This document shows positions 19,351 to 29,174 of a stretch of 64,000 bases of DNA, in pieces. The notes beneath the pieces are model-generated. The model did no database searches, had not been told where the DNA came from, and was given only the letters and a program-made list of their open reading frames with translations. Every line of letters begins with the position of its first letter. Position 1 is the first letter of the stretch. The position numbers were made by a program, and so were the translations under genes. The stretch comes from Halarcobacter sp. (GTDB lineage Bacteria > Campylobacterota > Campylobacteria > Campylobacterales > Arcobacteraceae): the NCBI GenBank assembly GCA_963676565.1, contig OY781089.1, positions 288,001 to 352,000 on the forward strand, in the 5' to 3' direction.

Positions 19351-20028
19351 ATAGTTCAGGTACTTATGATTGAAGATGATTTAGAGTTAGCTCAAATCAT
19401 CACTGACTACTTAGCTTCATATGATATTGAAGTGACAAATACAGATAGCCCTTATAATGGGCTATCAATGTTAAGTTTAAAAGACTATAAACTACTTATT
19501 TTAGATTTAACACTTCCAGAAATTGATGGCTTAGAACTTATTCCAAAGATTAGAGAAAAATCTCAAATTCCAATTATAATCTCTAGTGCAAGAGATGATA
19601 TTCTTGATAAAGTTATGGGACTTGAAAGAGGAGCTGATGACTATCTTCCAAAACCATACAATCCAAGAGAGTTACAAGCAAGAATTAAAGCTATTTTAAA
19701 AAGAATTACTCCTATTGTAAAAGAGGAAGATAATGTTAAAAAAACTGACTTTGAATTAAGAGAAGATGATATTCAAATACTCTTTAAAGGTGAGGTTTTA
19801 TCTTTAACTTTAGCAGAGTTCGATATTTTAAAATTAATGATTCAAAGAAATGGTGCAGTCGTAGCAAGGGAAGATTTTATTTATTCAAGTGATCATATTG
19901 AAGATGACAGTAGTTTAAAAAATATTGACGTTATGGTTTCTAGAATTAGAAGTAAAATATCTAAGATTGATGATAGTAAAACATATATCAAATCAGTTAG
20001 AGGAATTGGTTATCAACTAATATCATGA
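19351..20028 (+). CDS. OmpR-family response regulator (CprR/ArsR-like); probable ATA start
   Basis: Receiver domain (MIEDD, DLTLP, KPY) and winged helix (KSVRGIGY); first beta strand lies upstream of ATG 19366. Confidence 0.9.
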   Translation: MVQVLMIEDDLELAQIITDYLASYDIEVTNTDSPYNGLSMLSLKDYKLLILDLTLPEIDGLELIPKIREKSQIPIIISSARDDILDKVMGLERGADDYLPKPYNPRELQARIKAILKRITPIVKEEDNVKKTDFELREDDIQILFKGEVLSLTLAEFDILKLMIQRNGAVVAREDFIYSSDHIEDDSSLKNIDVMVSRIRSKISKIDDSKTYIKSVRGIGYQLIS

Positions 20029-21245
20029 TTCGTAATATCTCTATTTCTGCATTTATCAACACTATATTTATTTTAGCATTAATTGCAATTACACTAACCT
20101 TTGCAATTTTTATCAAGCTTGACCAACAAAGATATAATATAAATATGCAAAAAAAATATGAGCTTGTTGCAGAAAGTCTACTTAAATCTTTACAAACAAA
20201 CCCAACAAATAGTAGTATTAAAATCATTTTAGACCAATTTAAAATGAAAAGAATCCAAGATGAAGAATTGAACTTTAATATTATAAATCATGCTAAACCC
20301 ACTTTACTTAGAACAAATAATTTAGGGATGTATAGAATTTTTAACCTTGAAGACAATTTATATATTTATGTTCAAAAAGATGGTTACAATTTAATGATTC
20401 AAGATTCTCAAAATTATTCATATAATCTTATAATCATCATATCAGCTGCAACATTTTCCCTTGCAGTATTACTCTCTTTATACTATATTTTAAAAAGAAA
20501 ACTAAAACCACTTAGGGATTTAAATAAAGAGATTAAACAGTTTTCAAATGGTGACTTTAATGTAAAAATCAAATCTAATAGTACTGATGAGATTGGAACA
20601 ATTGCAAAAACCTTTGGGGATGCAATAAACCATATAAATAATCAAACAAAATCAAAAGACCTTTTCATGCGTAATATGATGCATGAACTTAAAACTCCAA
20701 TTACAAAAGCTATGTTTATAGCAGAAACTTTAGAAGATGATAAAACACGATTAACCTTACAAAAAGCCTTTAAAAGAATGGATGACATTATCAAAGAGCT
20801 TGCTATGGTTGAAAAACTTACATCTAGCAATACCTTTGTATATAAAGAGCTTACATCATTTTTCAAAATCTATAAAAGAACAGTTGAAATTGCAATGTTA
20901 AGCCCAGATAAAATTAGTGCGAAAGTAAATGATTTTAAATTAAATGCAGATACAGCAATGTTTTCTGTTGCCCTAAAAAATTTAATAGATAACGCCATTA
21001 AATTTTCACCAAATAACCACGCAATAATAAAAGCAAATAAACAAAGAGTTGATATCATTAGTGATGGGGAACCATTAAAATACGAATTAGAATATTATAC
21101 AGAACCATTTTCACAAGAAGAGAAAAGAAGTGATGGTTTTGGATTAGGATTATATATTGTAAAAACCATTGCAAACTTGCATGGTTATAAATTGGTTTAT
21201 AACCATACTAAAGGGAAGAATACCTTTTCTATTTTAATCTCTTAA
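20025..21245 (+). CDS. HAMP sensor histidine kinase (CprS/ArsS-like)
   Basis: Two TM helices, HAMP (DEIG), HELKTPI, NLIDNAIK, GFGLGLY. Confidence 0.92.
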   Translation: MIRNISISAFINTIFILALIAITLTFAIFIKLDQQRYNINMQKKYELVAESLLKSLQTNPTNSSIKIILDQFKMKRIQDEELNFNIINHAKPTLLRTNNLGMYRIFNLEDNLYIYVQKDGYNLMIQDSQNYSYNLIIIISAATFSLAVLLSLYYILKRKLKPLRDLNKEIKQFSNGDFNVKIKSNSTDEIGTIAKTFGDAINHINNQTKSKDLFMRNMMHELKTPITKAMFIAETLEDDKTRLTLQKAFKRMDDIIKELAMVEKLTSSNTFVYKELTSFFKIYKRTVEIAMLSPDKISAKVNDFKLNADTAMFSVALKNLIDNAIKFSPNNHAIIKANKQRVDIISDGEPLKYELEYYTEPFSQEEKRSDGFGLGLYIVKTIANLHGYKLVYNHTKGKNTFSILIS

Positions 21246-21246
21246 T

Positions 21247-21672
21247 CTATTTTTTTATTACAACATCTTTCATAATCTCAAACCAATTTCTTGAAAAATG
21301 TTTTTTAATATATTTCTCTCTATGGGGAACTATACATCCTGAACAGTTTTGATGGATATAATCTTCCCCAATAAACTGATCACCATCTTTTGAGTCAATA
21401 GAACAAAAAGAATACACAGTTTTGTCATCTTGCTTTTTTACCCCTTCATCATCAAATCTAAAATTTGGACAGGCGCACAGATAACAATTTAACTCTTCAT
21501 AGTCATGACACTTTTTATTATCTTTATATAAAGGACAAAAATCTGGTTCATTTTTTACCATATTATCAAATCTAAAATACTCTATAACCTCATCATCACT
21601 TTTATCTTTTAGTTTTTCCATAACCTTGGCATGTCTTTTACCATGATTCTCAAACCATTCTATATATTTCAT
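21247..21672 (-). CDS. Cysteine-rich small protein
   Basis: FCPLY, NCYLCACP, CSGCIVPH. Confidence 0.75.
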   Translation of the reverse strand: MKYIEWFENHGKRHAKVMEKLKDKSDDEVIEYFRFDNMVKNEPDFCPLYKDNKKCHDYEELNCYLCACPNFRFDDEGVKKQDDKTVYSFCSIDSKDGDQFIGEDYIHQNCSGCIVPHREKYIKKHFSRNWFEIMKDVVIKK

Positions 21673-21684
21673 TAATTCAAGCTC

Positions 21685-22371
21685 CTAAACATAAATCATT
21701 TTCTTAGTCATACCACCATCTACAACTATATTTGTTCCAGTAATAAAACCTTTATTTTTTAGTAAAAATCTAACTGTATCGACAATATCTGAAGTTTCGC
21801 CTACTCTACCACTTAAATGTTGTTTATTATCATTTTTAGTTGGAACAAAACCTTCATGGGTATTAATCCATCCAGGACTAATACAATTTACCTTTACCTC
21901 AGGGCTTAAAGAAACTGCTAAAGCATGAGTAAGAGATACTAGACCACCTTTTGATGCACTATAGCTCTCAGTTCCACTTTCACTCATAATAGCTCTTGTT
22001 GAAGAAATATTTATAATATGACCCTTTTCTTTTTTTAAAAGAGAAGCAAACTCCTTTGAAAGTATATATGGAGCTCTTAAATTTGTATCTATAACACTAT
22101 CCCACTCATCTATACTTTGTTCCTTTATTGGTTTAAAAATCCCAAACCCAGCATTGTTTATAAGTGCATGAATATTATCGTATTTTGTTTTTATTTTCTT
22201 TATTGTTTTTTTTAACTGTTTTTTTGAAGATAAATCACATTTATAAAAATCAACATCTTTTAAATCTTTTTTGTCAATATCTATATTTATGATGTTATAT
22301 TTTTTTCTCAAACTTTTTGCTAAAGCTTTTCCAATACCATTTGAAGCACCAGTTATAATGATATTTTTCAT
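21685..22371 (-). CDS. SDR family oxidoreductase
   Basis: TGASNGIG, NNAG, YSASK. Confidence 0.93.
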   Translation of the reverse strand: MKNIIITGASNGIGKALAKSLRKKYNIINIDIDKKDLKDVDFYKCDLSSKKQLKKTIKKIKTKYDNIHALINNAGFGIFKPIKEQSIDEWDSVIDTNLRAPYILSKEFASLLKKEKGHIINISSTRAIMSESGTESYSASKGGLVSLTHALAVSLSPEVKVNCISPGWINTHEGFVPTKNDNKQHLSGRVGETSDIVDTVRFLLKNKGFITGTNIVVDGGMTKKMIYV

Positions 22372-22820
22372 TAATTTAATTCCCTTGAATCTATAATAAA
22401 AGTTACTGGGCCATCATTTTGAATACTTACATCCATATATGCACCAAAAACTCCAGTTTGTGTATTAATCCCAGCATTTTTAAACTCATTTACAAACTCT
22501 TCATAAAGTTCTTTTGCTACATCAGGAGTTTCACTACTATCAAAACTAGGTCGTCTTCCTTTTTTTATATTTCCAGCTAGGGTAAATTGAGAGATAATAA
22601 GTGCTTGTCCATTTATATCTAAAAGAGATAAATTCATTTTGTCATTTTCATCTTGAAAAATTCTAAGATTTATGATTTTATTTACTAACTTAGTAATATC
22701 AGAACCATCATCACCCTTTTTCACTCCAAGAAGTATATTTAATCCCTTTGATATCTCTCCTACTATTTTTCCTTCAACTTTTACACTAGAAGAACTTACT
22801 CTTTGTATTACTGCTATCAT
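22371..22820 (-). CDS. dtd: D-aminoacyl-tRNA deacylase
   Basis: SQFTL, GRRPSF, NDGPVT. Confidence 0.97.
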   Translation of the reverse strand: MIAVIQRVSSSSVKVEGKIVGEISKGLNILLGVKKGDDGSDITKLVNKIINLRIFQDENDKMNLSLLDINGQALIISQFTLAGNIKKGRRPSFDSSETPDVAKELYEEFVNEFKNAGINTQTGVFGAYMDVSIQNDGPVTFIIDSRELN

Positions 22821-23422
22821 TTATACTCCAACTTTTCAATAACTAATTTCTTATTTTTAAAAGGGTCAACAATAGCTTTAATTTCATCAAAACTATATTT
22901 TAATCTAAAACCAATAGCTGAACCCTTTGCTGTACTTTCTAATATATAATATGGCTTACTATTTACATATAAAGCTTTTTTATGTGGGATTTTATCTTTT
23001 AAATTAACTATCACAAAAATATGTTTTGGAACAAGTACAAAATATGCTTCATAGCCTTTAACTTTTAACATTGAAATCAATAGGTTTGATTTATCATCAC
23101 AATCCCCAAAGTTTTGCTCAACCACCTTTTGTGAACTTTTTGCAACACTTTTATTAACTTTGTAAGGAATTGCTGTTACAAAATCCAACATCGATTGAAC
23201 CTCACAACCATGATTTCCTTGACACTCTTTTGTTAATTCATTTGCAAGTCTTCTAGTAAAATCATCAGTTCTTACTTGATTTACATAGGTTGCACCATCT
23301 ATATCAATAAACTGATGTTTAACAATAAAAAAAGATTTATAAATCATTACAATCATAAATACAACAGAAGCTACAGATATTATAATAGAAAGAAAATACA
23401 AAAATCTATTTTTAAATAGCAT
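22817..23422 (-). CDS. Membrane-anchored transglutaminase-like protein
   Basis: N-terminal TM helix; GDCDDK, HIFV, ILEST resembling a Cys-His-acid triad. Confidence 0.75.
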   Translation of the reverse strand: MLFKNRFLYFLSIIISVASVVFMIVMIYKSFFIVKHQFIDIDGATYVNQVRTDDFTRRLANELTKECQGNHGCEVQSMLDFVTAIPYKVNKSVAKSSQKVVEQNFGDCDDKSNLLISMLKVKGYEAYFVLVPKHIFVIVNLKDKIPHKKALYVNSKPYYILESTAKGSAIGFRLKYSFDEIKAIVDPFKNKKLVIEKLEYK

Positions 23423-24344
23423 ACAAAATCTCTTTTAATCTTTCAATACTCTGTTTAGAATCAACATATATGTTCACAAAACTCTCATCTATAAAATCAT
23501 ATTTTAAACAGTTTGGAACAATAATATTTTTTTCTTGAAGTTTTAATCTAAACTCCTTTGAGTTTATTTTTTTAAGCTTAATTAAAAGAGAATTGCTACT
23601 ACTGTGAAACAAAAAATCCACATACTTACAAGAATGAAATATCTTTTCTAATTCAATTCTATTTTTTATATTTACACTATTTGAGATAACTTTAAAATCC
23701 CAATCTTTTAAAGATTCCTCTAAATATTTCATATCATATGCAGACAGTTTGTTTTCTGGCTCATATTTTCTAATAACTTCAATATTTTTTCTTGTTGAAA
23801 AAAGTGTGGAGATATTAAGATTTTCATTTGAATAGTAGATTGAAAGATTTTTTATAATATATAATTTTTTATACTCTTCAAGATATTTTATAGCTGCATC
23901 TTCCCCACAAAAATCAAGCATTGTTTCATCTATTAAAACCGTTGCATTTTTTTCTTTCCAATATTTAAAAAGGTTTTCCAAATCATAATAGGTTCCATCT
24001 AAATATGAAGGGTTTGCAAAAACCACTAAACTATCTTGCTTTATAGGCAAGAATAGATTTTCAAACCTATTAATAAGTCTAACTTCATAGGATAAGTTCA
24101 TTGCTGCTTTTTTAAATGCTAAAGAACAGGGACTATAAATAAAACAATATTTCAAATCCAAAAATTTTAATAAAGAATAAATTGCTGAACTAAAGCCATT
24201 ATAAAGTTCAATTTGAGTTTTACTAATATGATATCTTTTTTCCAATTGATTTAATAAGTTATCATAATCTGTTTTTAAAATTTCATTATAATCAACATTG
24301 ATATTTGGTTTTAAAAAATTTAAATCACAAGAGAAATCAATCAT
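23412..24344 (-). CDS. Aminotransferase class I/II fold protein (CobD/HisC-like), catalytic Lys apparently missing
   Basis: NG.S.AI, ANPS..DG, IDET.LDF present; expected S.TK motif reads NLSIYY. Confidence 0.75.
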   Translation of the reverse strand: MIDFSCDLNFLKPNINVDYNEILKTDYDNLLNQLEKRYHISKTQIELYNGFSSAIYSLLKFLDLKYCFIYSPCSLAFKKAAMNLSYEVRLINRFENLFLPIKQDSLVVFANPSYLDGTYYDLENLFKYWKEKNATVLIDETMLDFCGEDAAIKYLEEYKKLYIIKNLSIYYSNENLNISTLFSTRKNIEVIRKYEPENKLSAYDMKYLEESLKDWDFKVISNSVNIKNRIELEKIFHSCKYVDFLFHSSSNSLLIKLKKINSKEFRLKLQEKNIIVPNCLKYDFIDESFVNIYVDSKQSIERLKEILYAI

Positions 24345-24345
24345 T

Positions 24346-24948
24346 TTATGCCAAATTTAAAAAGTTCTTTATTCCAGTAAATATTATTTGAGCAGATAAC
24401 GCTGCCAAAAAAAGACCTGTTATTTTTGATATTATCAAAAGTCCTTGCTTTCCAATAACTTTTTTAATAATATGAGAAAAATATAACATAATCCCCACTA
24501 ATAAAACAGCACATACTAAAGCTAAACTTCCTAAAAATAAAGATGATTTTGATTCAAAACCTGCACCCATAACTAAAAGAACCCCAATAGTTCCAGGTCC
24601 GATTGTAATTGGTATTGCTAAAGGAACAACTGCTAAATCATGTAAATTTGCACCATCAACTTTTTGCCCATCTTTACTTCCTCTAATTAAATCAACAGCA
24701 GATAAGAACAATAAAGCCCCTGCTCCAATCCTAAAGGCATCTAAAGTTATTCCAAAAACACTAAAAATATGTGTTCCAAAAAAAAGTAATACAAGACTTA
24801 GAACGATAACTGAAGTAGTAACTTTTATTGCTAATGTTTTTTTCTCTTTTACATTAGCTTCATTTGTTACTGTTAAGAATACAGATAATACAAAAAATGG
24901 TGTCATGATAAAGAACATTTTTAAAAATGTTGCAAAAAAAAGATCCAT
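24346..24948 (-). CDS. marC: MarC family membrane protein
   Basis: FRIGAG, VPLAIPITIGPG; six hydrophobic segments. Confidence 0.92.
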   Translation of the reverse strand: MDLFFATFLKMFFIMTPFFVLSVFLTVTNEANVKEKKTLAIKVTTSVIVLSLVLLFFGTHIFSVFGITLDAFRIGAGALLFLSAVDLIRGSKDGQKVDGANLHDLAVVPLAIPITIGPGTIGVLLVMGAGFESKSSLFLGSLALVCAVLLVGIMLYFSHIIKKVIGKQGLLIISKITGLFLAALSAQIIFTGIKNFLNLA

Positions 24949-25002
24949 AAACACTTCCTAAAAATTATATTTTAGGAAGTATATCTAAATTATGATAAGT
25001 AA

Positions 25003-26766
25003 TTAAAAGTGAGTATTGAGTATTTTTAAAAACTCTTCAGGGTTTTTGTATCCTGCTATTTGAGCTGCTTTTATCTCATTTCCATCTTTATCCCAGAAAA
25101 TTAAACCTGGAGGTCCAACAACTCCAAATCTTTTTTGCATAGCCTTATCATCTGCATTATTTTCTGTCACGTCAGCTTTTAAAAGTGTAAACTCTTTTAA
25201 TTTGGCAATTACTCTTTCATCTTTAAAAGTGATCCCCTCAAACTCTTTACAAGAGATACACCAATCAGCATAAAAATCTAACATCACTGGTTTGGTTGAA
25301 GCTTTTACAGCCAAGTTAATTTGCTCATTTGATTTCACTTTACTCCAAGATAATTCCTCAACATTTTGTGAAATAGCAACACCATTTGTGAATTTATCCA
25401 ATGGTTTTAATGGGTTTGTTGTTCCAGTTACTGCACCAACAAATACTAAAACTCCATAAATCATAATTACAGTTGTAATCAATCTTGCAATAATATGCTC
25501 AAATACTTTTAGATAAAGTGCAGTTCCTATTAATAATAATGCCCACATAAACATAATTAATTGAGGGTTTAATACTCTTTCAAGCATCCAAACTGCTACA
25601 CCTAACATTACAATACCAAAAATCTTTGTAACATTTTCCATCCAACCACCAGGTTTTGGCATATATTTACCAGCACCAAGTCCAATTAAAAGTAAAGGAA
25701 TTCCCATACCAATACTCATTACAAATAAAGCAGCTCCACCCAATAAGGCATCACCTGTTTGACCAATATAAACTAAAGCTCCTGCTAATGGTGGTGCAAC
25801 ACATGGACCAACAATAAGTGCAGACAAGAATCCCATAATTGCAATTCCTAAAACACCTTGTTTCTCTTTTCCATCTGTTGTTTTATTAATTTTATTTTGA
25901 ACACTTTGTGGAAGTTCAAGTTTGAAATATCCAAACATTGAAAAGGCTAAAGCTACAAAAATAGCAGAAAAGGCTACTAAAACATATGGATTTTGTAAAG
26001 CTACTTGTAAATTAGCTCCAAAAATTCCTGCTAAAACCCCTGCTAAAGTGTATGCAGTTGCCATAGATAAAACATAAACTAAAGATAAGAAAAAACCTTT
26101 AGATGCTGTTAAATTACCACTATCCCCTGCTTTAACAATAATAGAAGATAAAATTGGAATCATTGGGAAAACACACGGTGTTAAAGATAATAATAAACCA
26201 AAGCCAAAAAAAGTTGCTAAAATGATTAAAATATTTCCATCTTTTAATGTACTTGCTATTGCATCTGTTTCATTTAATGTTTCTGCTTGAACTTGCTTAT
26301 TTTCAGTTTGAGTTTGAGATTGCTCTTTTGTTTCAGAACTACTTGATCCTTTTGAAAAATCAATATTTTCACTAGCACTCATTGGAGCATAACAAAGCCC
26401 TGCTTTTGAACATCCTTGAAATTTTACTGTTACTTCAACACTTGAAGCGTTATTTGTTTTTTCTTTTAAAAGTGAATATGGAATTTTTATATCTAAATCA
26501 TGATTATGAATCTGCCAAATCTCATACTCTTTAGGCTCTGGTACATCTAAGTCATTTCTTATATCCACTTCTTGTGGTTTAGTAATTAAAAACTTTAATT
26601 TATCATCGTATAAATAAATATCTTTACCTAATTTAATTGTGAAAATTACATTGTCATCTTTTTTTTCAAAACTTGTTTTAAATGCTTCTTCTGGCTCTAA
26701 AAAACCTTGATTTGAAGCAAAGGCATAAATTGAAAAGAAGATAAGTATTAGTAGTTTTTTTATCAT
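25003..26766 (-). CDS. dsbD: Protein-disulfide reductase DsbD
   Basis: QGCSKAGLCY, LTPCVFPM, GPCVAP, WCISC. Confidence 0.95.
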   Translation of the reverse strand: MIKKLLILIFFSIYAFASNQGFLEPEEAFKTSFEKKDDNVIFTIKLGKDIYLYDDKLKFLITKPQEVDIRNDLDVPEPKEYEIWQIHNHDLDIKIPYSLLKEKTNNASSVEVTVKFQGCSKAGLCYAPMSASENIDFSKGSSSSETKEQSQTQTENKQVQAETLNETDAIASTLKDGNILIILATFFGFGLLLSLTPCVFPMIPILSSIIVKAGDSGNLTASKGFFLSLVYVLSMATAYTLAGVLAGIFGANLQVALQNPYVLVAFSAIFVALAFSMFGYFKLELPQSVQNKINKTTDGKEKQGVLGIAIMGFLSALIVGPCVAPPLAGALVYIGQTGDALLGGAALFVMSIGMGIPLLLIGLGAGKYMPKPGGWMENVTKIFGIVMLGVAVWMLERVLNPQLIMFMWALLLIGTALYLKVFEHIIARLITTVIMIYGVLVFVGAVTGTTNPLKPLDKFTNGVAISQNVEELSWSKVKSNEQINLAVKASTKPVMLDFYADWCISCKEFEGITFKDERVIAKLKEFTLLKADVTENNADDKAMQKRFGVVGPPGLIFWDKDGNEIKAAQIAGYKNPEEFLKILNTHF

Positions 26767-26776
26767 TTTTTAAACC

Positions 26777-27139
26777 TTAATTGAAATGCATTTTTGAACT
26801 ATTTGTTAATTGTGATACATCTTTAATTCCAATCTCTTTTGCTATTGGTTTTCCATCTTTGAAAAAAATTATTGTTGGAAGAGAAGTAACACCATACTTT
26901 TTTGCTAAGTTCATATAGTTATCGATATCAACTTTATAGATTCTAATATCCATTGGTTTTACTTTATCAAAATCTTCTAAGCTTTGGGCTAAGATTTTAC
27001 ATGGAGGGCACCAAGTTGCATAAAAATCTACAATTACGTTACCTTTTTCTATTTTTTTATCAAAATTAGTTGTATCTAAATGTTCAAATCCAAATAATGT
27101 TGAAATAGATAAAAGAAAAGCAAAAAACACTTTTTTCAT
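26777..27139 (-). CDS. Exported thioredoxin family protein
   Basis: Signal peptide followed by FYATWCPPC. Confidence 0.88.
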   Translation of the reverse strand: MKKVFFAFLLSISTLFGFEHLDTTNFDKKIEKGNVIVDFYATWCPPCKILAQSLEDFDKVKPMDIRIYKVDIDNYMNLAKKYGVTSLPTIIFFKDGKPIAKEIGIKDVSQLTNSSKMHFN

Positions 27140-27295
27140 TATATTCCTTTTTTAATTTTAACTATTATAGTGAAGTTTTGTGAAGAAATTGTTTATAAAT
27201 TTCATTTTATAAGTAAATATCAAAAAAGAATTATAATTTATAATTATAAAATTCCTAAGATTAAAATGGTAAAATCACCAAATAAAGGGAGCTAA

Positions 27296-27652
27296 ATGAG
27301 TTATTTAATAGATTTATCACCAAATGAAGTAGAAAAACTTATTGAAAAAGATATTGTTATGATTGATGTAAGACGAGATGAAGAGTGGGCTTATACTGGA
27401 ATTGTAAAAAATTCACATCTTATGACTTTTTTTGATATGTTTGGAAATGTAGATGTACCAACATGGTTAAAAGAGTTTGAAAAACTTGTAACATCAAAAG
27501 ATCAACAATTTGTATTAATTTGTGCCCATGCAAATAGAACAAGAACAATTGGCAACTATTTAATCCAAAACCATGGATATACTAATGTTTGTCATCTATC
27601 AGGAGGAATGGCCTTATGGCTTAAAGAGGGTAAAGAGGTTGAATATATTTAA
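27296..27652 (+). CDS. Single-domain rhodanese-like protein
   Basis: IDVR..EW, ICAHANRT, LSGGM..W. Confidence 0.9.
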   Translation: MSYLIDLSPNEVEKLIEKDIVMIDVRRDEEWAYTGIVKNSHLMTFFDMFGNVDVPTWLKEFEKLVTSKDQQFVLICAHANRTRTIGNYLIQNHGYTNVCHLSGGMALWLKEGKEVEYI

Positions 27653-27664
27653 AGCTAAAGAGAA

Positions 27665-27898
27665 TTACTCCTCTTCTGCTTTTTTTGCTGCACTTGCTTC
27701 TTGTAATACTGCAATTACATCATCTAAATTTTCGTATGGAATATGAGATTTCCATTCAATATCTTTTCCATTTAATGAAATACCAATACTTACAATATCA
27801 GGAGTTCCTTTTCCATATGGTTCAGATACGTTTGAAATAGAAATTACACCTTTTTTAGTTCCAGCTAATGGTAATTTTTTTAATTCAGTTGTTGCCAT
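27665..27898 (-). CDS. Hypothetical protein
   Basis: 77 aa with a good AAGGA RBS. Confidence 0.75.
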   Translation of the reverse strand: MATTELKKLPLAGTKKGVISISNVSEPYGKGTPDIVSIGISLNGKDIEWKSHIPYENLDDVIAVLQEASAAKKAEEE

Positions 27899-27981
27899 TT
27901 TTTTTCCTTGTAATTCAATTTGATTAATTCTACAATAACAAACTTTTTTTATGTTAAAAAGTTACTATTAAAATTATAAGC

Positions 27982-28788
27982 TTATTTTTTTGAAGCTATT
28001 TTTTCACCAAACTTAACACTTTGGTTAAGAAGATTATTAATCTCTACACTATTTTCTTCCCAAACCATAACTACCGTTGAACCCATTTTAAAGTAACCTA
28101 AACAATCACCTTTTTTAACACTTTTTTCTTCATACTCATAAATTTGAATATCTCTAATATCTGTATTAGTTTCAACCTTTGGTTCAAAAGTAAATACCAT
28201 TTGTCCAACATTTAATGCACCAACAAAAACCATATAAAAAAGTTTACCGTCATTAATACACTCTAAAACAACCCTTTCATTTTCAACAAATAAATCAATT
28301 TGTTTGTTTAAATATTTTAAATTTACAGGATAAAGTTTCCCTGGGATATGAATCAATCTTTTTATTTCAAAATCGATTGGAGCATGGTATCTATGATAAT
28401 CTTTTGGTGAAAGATAAAAATTCATATATGAACCATTATTTAATTTTTTAAAATTCTCAGCACAATGGTAAGTTAACATATCTTCAACAGAATACTCCAT
28501 ACCTTTTATTTGAAGTAATAAATCTTTTTCTAAAGTTCCACATTGAGTAACTAAACTATCCGTTGGTGAGATAAAAACATTTTCATCTTTATCTATTTGT
28601 CTAGCAATTGCAAGTTCTCTTGTAAATAAATCATTTAGTGATTTATAAAATTTAGGGTTTCTAAATTCACTCATATTTAAACCTAAAAATTTAACATAAC
28701 CATTATTTATAATCTTTTGAATAAAAGATGGAAAGTTGGTCTTTGCAAATTTTCCAAAATATTGTGAAATTATATTTGTAATATGCAT
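27982..28788 (-). CDS. psd: Phosphatidylserine decarboxylase
   Basis: YLSPKDYHRYH, ENERV, FKMGSTVV cleavage motif; second ATG fits RBS spacing. Confidence 0.95.
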   Translation of the reverse strand: MHITNIISQYFGKFAKTNFPSFIQKIINNGYVKFLGLNMSEFRNPKFYKSLNDLFTRELAIARQIDKDENVFISPTDSLVTQCGTLEKDLLLQIKGMEYSVEDMLTYHCAENFKKLNNGSYMNFYLSPKDYHRYHAPIDFEIKRLIHIPGKLYPVNLKYLNKQIDLFVENERVVLECINDGKLFYMVFVGALNVGQMVFTFEPKVETNTDIRDIQIYEYEEKSVKKGDCLGYFKMGSTVVMVWEENSVEINNLLNQSVKFGEKIASKK

Positions 28789-28934
28789 CATTGTCCTTAC
28801 ATAGTTTCTAATTGTTTTGTATTTTATCTAAATATTTCTTCAATTTTAAATTCTAGTTAATAACAATTTTTTAAAAGATTTATTTAAATATTTTTTAGTA
28901 AGATTTCAAAAAATTAAATATGATAAGGATAAAA

Positions 28935-29174
28935 ATGCACAAAATTATTGTTGAAAAAGAATGTGGATGTTTTAGAAGAAGTGATTTAGAAAATAATATA
29001 GAATTTACTTCAAAAGATGATGCTTTAAGTAAAGCAATTGATATGAAAAATCAAATGAATGAAGAATTCTGTGGAAAACATGAATTCGATTTAGTTGAAT
29101 TCCAAAACAATTTTGTAATTAACTTCGCACAACAAAAAGTTTCTGGATGTTGTGGTGGTGGTCACTGTAGCTAA
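28935..29174 (+). CDS. Small Cys-rich protein, paralog 1
   Basis: AAGGA before ATG 28935; ECGCF...FCGKH...CCGGGHCS. Confidence 0.8.
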   Translation: MHKIIVEKECGCFRRSDLENNIEFTSKDDALSKAIDMKNQMNEEFCGKHEFDLVEFQNNFVINFAQQKVSGCCGGGHCS

